Below, piece after piece: positions 18,627 to 25,721 of a stretch of DNA of 64,000 bases. The translations under genes and the position numbers were made by a program. Numbering within the stretch: the stretch's first letter is position 1; every line of letters begins with the position of its first letter. The DNA is from Oscillospiraceae bacterium (GTDB lineage Bacteria > Bacillota > Clostridia > Oscillospirales > CAG-382), in assembly GCA_015064945.1 (NCBI GenBank), contig SVRF01000005.1:4428-68427 (forward strand), written 5' to 3'. The notes beneath the pieces were generated by a model. The model was not told where the DNA came from. It was given only the letters and a program-made list of their open reading frames with translations, and did no database searches.

Positions 18627-20006
18627 ATGGATTATCAAAAGCTTATATCGGATGTAAAAGACGATATTGACAATTACAGTTTTGATGACAGCGAATATCA
18701 AAAGATATACGACCGTGCGTACAACGATTTGAAAGCAAGCTATTACGCACAGAGCCAAGCGTTGAAGCAAAACTACTACGGCGAAAAGCAACGTGCCGCA
18801 GGTGAAAACGCCCTAAGCACGAGGAATGCAACGGAACAGCTTGCCGCAAGAGGCTTGGCGCACTCCGGAGAAAGCGCCGATTTGGTGATAGGTCAAAACG
18901 TAGCATTAAACAACAGGCTTTCGGAGTTGGCGCAAAGCAATACTGCCGCCGAGGCAAAGCTTGTGGACGACTACGGCAAACAGCGTGCAGAGCTTGGCAA
19001 AAGTATGGCGCAGCAAGTAACGGAAGCAAGCAAGGCTGAAAAAGAAAACCTGTATAAAAGACTTGAGCACCTTGAGTCACTTTATGCAGATGACCAAAAG
19101 CTTGAGGCAGAAAGACAGCAGTGGGAGGCAGAAATGGAAGCCGCCGAAGAAAAGTGGCAAAGCCAGCTTGATTTCGACCGCTACGCATTTAATACTAAGC
19201 TGGATGCGGATGGACAAAAATTAAAGGCAGAGATGGATGCGGAAGAGAACAAATGGCAAAGTCAGCTTGATGCTGACCGTTATTTCTTTGACAGCGAGCT
19301 AGCAGCAGAAAGAGAGCAATGGGAGGCGGAAATGGAAGCCGCTGAAGAAAAGTGGCAAAGCCAGTTAGCATCGGATCAGTATATGCACCAAGCAAGCATT
19401 AACGCCGACAAAGAAAAATGGCAGGCACAGTTAGAAAATGACCGCTACAAATTCAACACAGAGCTGAATATTGAAGAAAAGGAAGATCGCAAAGACAGAA
19501 TTTACTCTTGGTTTTCAAACGTTTTCGGGCGGTTATTCGGCATAGGCGGCGGTGAAAAAGGAGACGAAGCCGACGGGCTTGCCCCCGATGTTACCATACA
19601 GTCTATGGCTAATAACCTGATAAGCCGCTACGACGACAAAACAGGCGGGCTCAGCGAATACACGCAAGACCAAGTGTACAGCGATTTTGCAAGACTTATC
19701 GCCACATCGGATCTGGACAGTCAGTATGCCACGGAAGTGCTTGCGGCATTGCGAAGCAAGGGCTTTAACAAAGATTTTGACATAGAGCTTGCATCCAAAG
19801 ATTATGTAAAAGAAGGCTATACGCTGTATAACCAAACCTTTGACGATTATTATGAGGGTATGCTTTCCGACGGTACACCTGCCGACGACGCCCTTACTGC
19901 CGCAACCGAAGCGGCAGAAAACGCAGTTACGGAGCATATCGATGCCCAAAATCTTGACAGAAATACAAGACGGCAAGTGCTTAGGATGTACGGCATAGGA
20001 TACTAA
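18627..20006 (+). CDS. phage-cluster coiled-coil repeat protein (459 aa)
   Basis: Four KWQ(S/A)QL..D(R/Q)Y repeats within a Glu/Ala/Gln-rich helical middle. A roughly 50-nt DNA repeat occurs at 19119-19168 and 19317-19366. Confidence 0.65.
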   Translation: MDYQKLISDVKDDIDNYSFDDSEYQKIYDRAYNDLKASYYAQSQALKQNYYGEKQRAAGENALSTRNATEQLAARGLAHSGESADLVIGQNVALNNRLSELAQSNTAAEAKLVDDYGKQRAELGKSMAQQVTEASKAEKENLYKRLEHLESLYADDQKLEAERQQWEAEMEAAEEKWQSQLDFDRYAFNTKLDADGQKLKAEMDAEENKWQSQLDADRYFFDSELAAEREQWEAEMEAAEEKWQSQLASDQYMHQASINADKEKWQAQLENDRYKFNTELNIEEKEDRKDRIYSWFSNVFGRLFGIGGGEKGDEADGLAPDVTIQSMANNLISRYDDKTGGLSEYTQDQVYSDFARLIATSDLDSQYATEVLAALRSKGFNKDFDIELASKDYVKEGYTLYNQTFDDYYEGMLSDGTPADDALTAATEAAENAVTEHIDAQNLDRNTRRQVLRMYGIGY

Positions 20007-20055
20007 GCCTTAAAATTTATCGTTTTCCCTTACATTTTATCAAGCAATTTCTAAA

Positions 20056-20098
20056 CAAAAAAAGCTGTAAAAACCGTTTTGGTTTTTACAGCTTTTTC
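20056..20098. terminator. bidirectional rho-independent terminator
   Basis: 13-bp stem agctgtaaaaacc / ggtttttacagct, loop gtttt, with an A-run before and a T-run after. Confidence 0.85.
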
Positions 20099-20099
20099 T

Positions 20100-20636
20100 T
20101 TATTCAAACATTCCTAAAGGTCCTTCGGATATACCGCCGTGGCTGTTAAGCCCACGGCCTTCGACGGTAATCTTTACCTTTTTTACACCTACATCGGAGT
20201 AATTGGCAATAAGCGTATTAACAAGGGAGCCCACACCGAAATACTCGGCAGTGCTGCCTGCGCGCACATAGTCCTCGTATGCCTTATTCATATTGATGTA
20301 AAGCACATCGCCATCAATATAGAACTCATCGGCAGAACATCCATCTATCAAACCGCCGTTTTTTACCATTTCGGCAACCAATGCCAATGCGTCACCTTTG
20401 AATTCAAGCTCTGTATATTCGAGATGCATATAATCGCTGTCGGGGCGGTATATTTTAACTTTGCCGGCTAATTCCCCGTTTGGTGCGGTAAGCACAACAG
20501 ATGTATCCACATCAACCTCGGACACGGTACTGCTGTCATCGCCTCCGTATTCGCCCAAGGTCTGCCGTTCTTCTTTACAGGAAACGGTAAAACAAAGCAA
20601 AGTGACACACAATAGTATAAATAATGATTTTTTCAT
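20100..20636 (-). CDS. GerMN-domain lipoprotein (sporulation/germination-associated family)
   Basis: Start set to ATG 20636 (MKKSLFILLCVTLLCFTVSCK lipobox). The remainder resembles a GerMN domain (..VKIYRPDSDYMHLEY..VKKVKITVEG..). Confidence 0.65.
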   Translation of the reverse strand: MKKSLFILLCVTLLCFTVSCKEERQTLGEYGGDDSSTVSEVDVDTSVVLTAPNGELAGKVKIYRPDSDYMHLEYTELEFKGDALALVAEMVKNGGLIDGCSADEFYIDGDVLYINMNKAYEDYVRAGSTAEYFGVGSLVNTLIANYSDVGVKKVKITVEGRGLNSHGGISEGPLGMFE

Positions 20637-20698
20637 AAAATAAACCTCTCTAAAATAATAATTGTTCATAAGGCATACCGAATTTATGAGACGTCGAC

Positions 20699-20742
20699 AA
20701 TCACCCCAAGAAGTCTGACGATTTCTTGGGCATCACGACAAA
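20699..20742. repeat. terminator-associated hairpin repeat, copy 3a
   Basis: aatcaccccaagaagtctgacgatttcttgggcatcacgacaaa. Confidence 0.75.
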
Positions 20743-20787
20743 CCACCCCAATAAATCTGACGATTTCTTGGGGGCCCCGACAAAAAA
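20743..20787. repeat. terminator-associated hairpin repeat, copy 3b (tandem with 3a)
   Basis: ccaccccaataaatctgacgatttcttgggggccccgacaaaaaa. Confidence 0.75.
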
Positions 20788-20811
20788 CAAGCCCGCAGTT
20801 ATGCGGGCTTG
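20781..20811 (-). terminator. rho-independent terminator of the tRNA operon
   Basis: Stem caagcccgca / tgcgggcttg, loop gtta; TTTTTTG follows on the minus strand. Confidence 0.85.
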
Positions 20812-20816
20812 TGCTT

Positions 20817-20892
20817 TGGAGCGGATTACGGGGCTCGAACCCGCCACCTCGACCTTGGCAAGGTCGCGCTCTACCAAATGAGCTAAATCCGC
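20817..20892 (-). tRNA. tRNA-Gly(GCC)
   Basis: Reverse complement GCGGATTTAGCTCATTTGGTAGAGCGCGACCTTGCCAAGGTCG...AATCCGCTCCA folds as a cloverleaf. Anticodon loop TTGCCAA; CCA encoded. Confidence 0.93.
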
Positions 20893-20897
20893 AAAGG

Positions 20898-20974
20898 TGG
20901 CGATCCGGATGGGACTCGAACCCACGACCTCTAGCGTGACAGGCTAGCGTTCTAACCAACTGAACTACCGGACC
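20898..20974 (-). tRNA. tRNA-Asp(GTC)
   Basis: GGTCCGGTAGTTCAGTTGGTTAGAACGCTAGCCTGTCACGCTAGAGGTCGTGGGTTCGAGTCCCATCCGGATCGCCA; anticodon loop CTGTCAC. Confidence 0.93.
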
Positions 20975-20977
20975 ATA

Positions 20978-21053
20978 TGGAGCTGATGATGGGAATTGAA
21001 CCCATGACCTCATCCTTACCAAGGATGCGCGCTACCGCCTGTGCCACATCAGC
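20978..21053 (-). tRNA. tRNA-Thr(GGT)
   Basis: GCTGATGTGGCACAGGCGGTAGCGCGCATCCTTGGTAAGGATGAGGTCATGGGTTCAATTCCCATCATCAGCTCCA; anticodon loop TTGGTAA. Confidence 0.93.
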
Positions 21054-21059
21054 ATTTTG

Positions 21060-21135
<76 letters not shown>

Positions 21136-21165
21136 AAATAAAGATTTGCGCCATTTAGAAAAGTT

Positions 21166-21240
21166 TGGAGGCGCCACCCGGAATCGAACCGGGGAATAAA
21201 GGTTTTGCAGACCTTGGCCTTACCGCTTGGCGATGGCGCC
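21166..21240 (-). tRNA. tRNA-Cys(GCA)
   Basis: GGCGCCATCGCCAAGCGGTAAGGCCAAGGTCTGCAAAACCTTTATTCCCCGGTTCGATTCCGGGTGGCGCCTCCA; anticodon loop CTGCAAA. Confidence 0.93.
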
Positions 21241-21261
21241 GTCCCTAACGCCCCAACGGGC

Positions 21262-21337
21262 TGGAGCGGATTACGGGGCTCGAACCCGCCACCTCGACCT
21301 TGGCAAGGTCGCGCTCTACCAAATGAGCTAAATCCGC
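21262..21337 (-). tRNA. tRNA-Gly(GCC), second identical copy
   Basis: Sequence identical to 20817-20892. Confidence 0.93.
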
Positions 21338-21381
21338 ATATAATGATGGGTGCGAAACCATCGCTGGTTTGCAAAAGATTT

Positions 21382-21458
21382 TGGCGATCCGGATGGGACT
21401 CGAACCCACGACCTCTAGCGTGACAGGCTAGCGTTCTAACCAACTGAACTACCGGACC
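21382..21458 (-). tRNA. tRNA-Asp(GTC), second identical copy
   Basis: Sequence identical to 20898-20974. Confidence 0.93.
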
Positions 21459-21521
21459 GTATCAGTCGCCACAGCTTTTGTTGAGGACGTTTTGTTGTGC
21501 CCCTCAAATCAGCGCTTGATT

Positions 21522-21550
21522 ATAATAGCATAGTTTTTTGCGTTTTGCAA
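21522..21550 (-). promoter_or_regulatory. candidate sigma-A promoter of the tRNA operon
   Basis: On the minus strand: TTGCAA (21550-21545), 17-nt spacer, TATTAT (21527-21522). An AT-rich tract lies upstream. Confidence 0.55.
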
Positions 21551-21657
21551 TAGTTTTTTTGAAATTTTTTTAATTTTTTTCAAAAATTTTTCAGTGCCTT
21601 TGCGAGCGAAGCATTTTACCCCTGTTGGCGCCAGTTTTTTGCACATATAAGTTTCAA

Positions 21658-21695
21658 GGCAGGCTTTGGCTTTACGTCAAAGCCTGCCGTTTTTT
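21658..21695 (+). terminator. orphan plus-strand terminator-like hairpin
   Basis: 11-bp stem ggcaggctttg / caaagcctgcc followed by gTTTTTT on the plus strand, where no gene is annotated upstream. Confidence 0.5.
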
Positions 21696-21731
21696 AAAAG
21701 CCTTGCTTTTTTTGTACAGCTTGTTTTAAGT

Positions 21732-22655
21732 TTATCCGTTCTTTTTACGTAGGATAAAATACAAAACCACACCGCCGATAACCAAAACGGCACCTGCTAT
21801 GGCAATTACAAGCCCATAGGGGAAACCGTCTTCATCGGATGAGGAGTCAGTGCTTGCGGAAGCGGAATTGCCGTCTGCATTATCGGGCGCTACGCTTTCC
21901 TCTGCGTCAGTGCTACCGATAGCTCCGCTGCTTTCTTCAGCTTCGGAGTTTTCGGTTATCGCACTGCTTTCTGCAGCTTCGCCGCTTTCTTCGGTTTTGG
22001 AGCTTTCCTCGGATACGTCACTCTCCTCAACCTCAGAACTTTCTGCAGAAGCGCTGTTTTCGCCGCTCTCTGTGCTTTCCGCCCCCTGTCCGTCGCCTAC
22101 GCTTATATCAAGCTTTGCACCGTTGGGAGGGAAATTTTCAAGCTCGGGGCTTACCATCATCATATAAACGTTTTCGTCCGCCTTATGCTTTATTTCAAGG
22201 CTTGTATCACCGGTCTTCTTTGCGGTGAAAACAAGAATAAAGCCCAAGGTATCGTCCTCGGTTACGGTATACTTATAAAAATCCAGCTCCTCACTGAGAG
22301 GGACATCCGGCACAACACGAAGCCAGCAATAGCCCGTGCCATCATTGGGAGAAAACAAAAAGCTGTAGTTTGTGCCCCAGGACTGAGGAATAATTGCGTC
22401 TTGATAGCTGAGCTCCAAAGCCTCTGAGTCGTAAAACAAAGGGAGGTCACAGGCTATGATGCCATCCTCAAGACTGATGTTATTTATAAACACCTTAACC
22501 TCTATAAGGTCGCCGACCTTAACATCTGTATTTTCACAAACGAAAACCAAGTCCGAAACGGGTGCATCGTCCATTTTTGCAAAAGCGCTTAAGCCTGCGG
22601 ACAAAGCAACCAGCATAAATGCGCAAAGGGTTGCTGAAACAATTCTTTTAATCAT
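21732..22655 (-). CDS. membrane-anchored cohesin-domain protein (single-cohesin scaffoldin candidate)
   Basis: Signal peptide MIKRIVSATLCAFMLVALSAGLSAFA. Cohesin-like signature VKVGDLIEVKVFINNISLEDGIIACDLPLFYDSEALELS. Ser/Glu-rich linker and C-terminal TM helix plus RKKNG. Start is ATG 22655 or TTG 22667. Confidence 0.65.
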   Translation of the reverse strand: MIKRIVSATLCAFMLVALSAGLSAFAKMDDAPVSDLVFVCENTDVKVGDLIEVKVFINNISLEDGIIACDLPLFYDSEALELSYQDAIIPQSWGTNYSFLFSPNDGTGYCWLRVVPDVPLSEELDFYKYTVTEDDTLGFILVFTAKKTGDTSLEIKHKADENVYMMMVSPELENFPPNGAKLDISVGDGQGAESTESGENSASAESSEVEESDVSEESSKTEESGEAAESSAITENSEAEESSGAIGSTDAEESVAPDNADGNSASASTDSSSDEDGFPYGLVIAIAGAVLVIGGVVLYFILRKKNG

Positions 22656-22731
22656 AGATTTGAACAAGCGCCTGCCATAACAGCAGGCGCTTTCTCCTTA
22701 AATTATAGCAAAAAATCAATTGCGGGGGTAC

Positions 22732-24885
22732 TTAAGAATGGATCATCTTTCTTACGTGAAGCAGGTCGGCTGTGGAAATAGCGCCCTTTTCAATTATGGA
22801 AGCTGCGGTATAGTAGATACCTGTGAGGGGAACACGGCCGGTAAGATGCTTTCTGATAATTGCATAGTCGGTGGAAGAAACAGATGCGTCACCGTCTATA
22901 TCGCCGTAAACGATAAGGGTGCAAGAGTCCTCGCCATCGGCAGACTTAAGAATGGTACCTGTACCAACCTTTGCGTTATCTGCAACAGCGTTGCCGTTCT
23001 TATCAAATACCTGTATATCGTCTACAAACATTTCCTTAATTTCGGAAGCAACGGAGCCTGCTTGATAGAAGCCCGTAAAGAGCTTTTCTTCAGTGTTGGC
23101 ATCATAATCCATCTCATAAGATTCGCCAAGGGTAAAGTTAGCAACGCCGTAAACCGCAGCGTCTGCCTTGGGTGCGCCTGCGCCGGTATTCTTTGCAGGA
23201 GTTGCAACAACAGAGTTGTCAGCAGAGGAGTAAAGAACGCCGCCCTTGGAATAGTAGTATGTGCAGGTGGGAGATACATTGATGTTAACAAGGTTTGCGG
23301 AATCGAACGTAGGAGAACCCCAAGTGATAGTGTTGGGGATATAAACGCTCTTAAGATTGCTCTTACCGGAAAATGCGGAGCCGGAGATACCGGTTACTCT
23401 GCAGTAGGTGTTAGAGCCGCTTACGTATACGTACTGGGGAATTTCTACGTTGGTAACGGTGTTGGCAACTTCAGTAGTAACTTCATAGGAGCCGCCGCCC
23501 TGAAGCATTTCATAATACTTGGTAACGTAAGTCATAAAGTACTTCCACATATCACCGGTGTTACGGGTGTAGGACTTAGAGGAAGTGTTGTAACGCATCT
23601 GCTGAGGACAGTTCTTTTCAGTGGAGTCCCAATGCTGACGGATACCTGTGCCGGGAGAACCGTCGCCGGGGTTAAGGCCCCATCTTACGCAAAGCTCTGC
23701 AGTAAGCAAACCCGCTCTGCGGCAGGACTTGTAGAAGCCGTTATCAAGGAAGGACTGCCAATTGGTGGTAAAGTCAACCCAACCGTTAACAGCAACTTCC
23801 ATACCGATGCCGTAGTAGTTACCGGTACCGGTAGAGCCGTCGCCTGCGTGCCAAGCAACTTCGTTATCGGGAATACCCTGATATATACCGTCAGTACCTA
23901 CCGTGTACTGCCAAGAAGATGTGGTACAAGCGGAGTTGGAGGTCTGATAGTTGTGGTTTGCCTTTGCGGTTGCGCCGGAAGCATAGTTACCTGTGTTGTG
24001 GATAACTACGTACTTTTTATTGTTGTTAACAGTACCGGGACGGTTATTTCTGGACTTGGAAACGAAGTCAGCCGTAACAGTGGTCTGATCTTCGGTACCC
24101 TTACCGATTATCCAAGTAGTGTTGTCAACATTACCGGAAGCGGAGCAGGGAGTGATGCCCGTGCCCTGAACAACTTCTGTCTTGGTGTAGCTGTTAGTAT
24201 AGGAGGTTACGTATGCAGTGCCTGCGGTGGTGTTTGCGCTGTAAACCAGACCCTGGCTGTCAGCCGCACCGGAAGCGCTGATGGTAGTAACGTCTGCCCA
24301 GATGTAGCAAGAGATCTCAGAGCAAGCGATCTTGCCGCTGTGCTTGATCTCAATTTTAATGTACTGCGCAGCACAGCCCTTCTCCTTGGTGAAGCCGATG
24401 CTGTATGCGGTTTCATCAGCGGGGGACGCAACGTTCTCACCCGCACCTGCGAAATTATATGTAACGCCATCATCGGATACATAGTAATTTACAGCAGTGG
24501 GAAGAGTGTAGCCGTTGCTGGAAGAATTGTGGAAGCGTGCATAGAAATCGGTAAAGCCGATAGCTTTGTAGCCCAGGTTGATAACAACGGTGGTTGTACC
24601 GGAGCCTGTTACTACAGACAGATAGGAGTTACCGGAGCCGGAGCCGCCGTCGGTAAGACGAACGCCGTCATCGGGATAAGTAGCGTCCGCAGCGGAGCCG
24701 GAATAGGAAACTGTGTAAGACTTAGAACGGGTAGCAGCGATCTTTTGACGCTGTGCGCTTACTGTGGTGGTCTTATCCACATCATACACCCAAATGGATG
24801 CGGCAGCCTCTGACAAGGAAGCGAATGCCGAGAAAATGGAAACCAACATAACAAGAGAAAGCGCTGTTGCAATAAACTTTTTCAT
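22732..24885 (-). CDS. secreted multidomain protein: F5/8-type-C-like module, Amidase_2 (PGRP-type N-acetylmuramoyl-L-alanine amidase), BspA-type LRR, dockerin
   Basis: ATG 24885 after AAGGAGG, with a signal peptide. Amidase_2 pattern: YVVIHNTGN...EVAWHAGDG...YGIGMEV...HWDSTEKNCPQ. Dockerin: GDIDGDASVSSTDYAIIRKHL...GAISTADLLHVRKMI. Confidence 0.8.
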   Translation of the reverse strand: MKKFIATALSLVMLVSIFSAFASLSEAAASIWVYDVDKTTTVSAQRQKIAATRSKSYTVSYSGSAADATYPDDGVRLTDGGSGSGNSYLSVVTGSGTTTVVINLGYKAIGFTDFYARFHNSSSNGYTLPTAVNYYVSDDGVTYNFAGAGENVASPADETAYSIGFTKEKGCAAQYIKIEIKHSGKIACSEISCYIWADVTTISASGAADSQGLVYSANTTAGTAYVTSYTNSYTKTEVVQGTGITPCSASGNVDNTTWIIGKGTEDQTTVTADFVSKSRNNRPGTVNNNKKYVVIHNTGNYASGATAKANHNYQTSNSACTTSSWQYTVGTDGIYQGIPDNEVAWHAGDGSTGTGNYYGIGMEVAVNGWVDFTTNWQSFLDNGFYKSCRRAGLLTAELCVRWGLNPGDGSPGTGIRQHWDSTEKNCPQQMRYNTSSKSYTRNTGDMWKYFMTYVTKYYEMLQGGGSYEVTTEVANTVTNVEIPQYVYVSGSNTYCRVTGISGSAFSGKSNLKSVYIPNTITWGSPTFDSANLVNINVSPTCTYYYSKGGVLYSSADNSVVATPAKNTGAGAPKADAAVYGVANFTLGESYEMDYDANTEEKLFTGFYQAGSVASEIKEMFVDDIQVFDKNGNAVADNAKVGTGTILKSADGEDSCTLIVYGDIDGDASVSSTDYAIIRKHLTGRVPLTGIYYTAASIIEKGAISTADLLHVRKMIHS

Positions 24886-24958
24886 TGTATGTTCCTCCTT
24901 AACAATAATATACAAAGTTTTTTCGGATGGATATTACACCCATTATCATTCTATGATA

Positions 24959-24987
24959 ATTATAAACTGCAGGAAAATTTTTGTCAA
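24959..24987 (-). promoter_or_regulatory. consensus sigma-A promoter of the amidase-dockerin gene
   Basis: On the minus strand: TTGACA (24987-24982), 17 nt, TATAAT (24964-24959). The palindrome attatcat-tct-atgataat (24942-24960) overlaps the -10 and the start region. Confidence 0.7.
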
Positions 24988-25157
24988 GGCGAAACGCCGA
25001 AAAAACGGGTTGTACGGTGCGTAGAAAAACTGCCCTTGTTTTTGTTATTTTTGCACAAAAGCTTATTTAATAATATAACGCACAAATGTTAACAAGCCGT
25101 TCAATAGTTAAGTATATACTGTTACGAACTTACAAATTGAGAAAAGTGAGCGCAAGA

Positions 25158-25661
25158 ATGACCGAGCTTATTTTAATGCAACTGTTGGTTTGCATAGTAC
25201 AATATTTCATTGCAACCAGTGAAAACATACGCAACATTTTTGTTGTTACCCTGCTGTTTAACGCGTTTAACCTGCTGTGCTATTATCTCAACGGAGATAT
25301 GGCAACCGTGTACTCCTACTTGGTTATATGCACACGGTCGGTTATCTACATTTACCGTGACAAGATAAAGAAGCATAAATGGCATTTTGCCATACCGATT
25401 TCGGCAATAGTGATACAAACAGCCGTTGGCTTTACCGCCATAGAAAATCCGTGGCAGCTGCTGCCCATAATTGCGCCCTGCTACGTAAACTATTACCTGT
25501 GGTTTTACGAAAGCACCCAAAAGCTTCGTTTGGGCAACATAGTTAACAACGGGCTTTGGGGAATATACAACTTTGCCACAGGGCTTTGGATAATCGGCAT
25601 TGTAAGGGCGATCACCGTAGCAATGAACGCCGTCTCTTATAAAACGCACAAAAAGGTATAA
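25158..25661 (+). CDS. small multi-pass membrane protein (YgjV-like?)
   Basis: ATG 25158 (MTELILMQLL). Five to six hydrophobic segments. The family call is tentative. Lower GC than its neighbours. Confidence 0.5.
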   Translation: MTELILMQLLVCIVQYFIATSENIRNIFVVTLLFNAFNLLCYYLNGDMATVYSYLVICTRSVIYIYRDKIKKHKWHFAIPISAIVIQTAVGFTAIENPWQLLPIIAPCYVNYYLWFYESTQKLRLGNIVNNGLWGIYNFATGLWIIGIVRAITVAMNAVSYKTHKKV

Positions 25662-25721
25662 CCGTCACACAAAGAAGGGCTGTGAAAAACTTTTGTTTTT
25701 CACAGCCCTTTTAGTTGAATT

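Larger units (their letters stand above)
11389..20006 (+). mobile_element. compact phage-like DNA-packaging/head gene cluster (nine genes; prophage remnant, satellite or domesticated particle)
   Basis: Co-directional, overlapping genes for terS, terL, portal, scaffold and coat plus four unknowns. No integrase, repressor, replication, holin or long-tail genes and no flanking direct repeats seen. Confidence 0.6.

Noticed and set aside
22720-24813. 697-aa plus-strand ORF covering almost the whole amidase-dockerin gene
   Set aside because: It starts at TTG with no SD, and its product is Gly/Val/Cys/Asn-rich low complexity. The opposite strand has a signal peptide, four recognisable domains, a strong SD and a consensus promoter. 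This is an antisense artefact of codon usage that avoids TTA/CTA/TCA.
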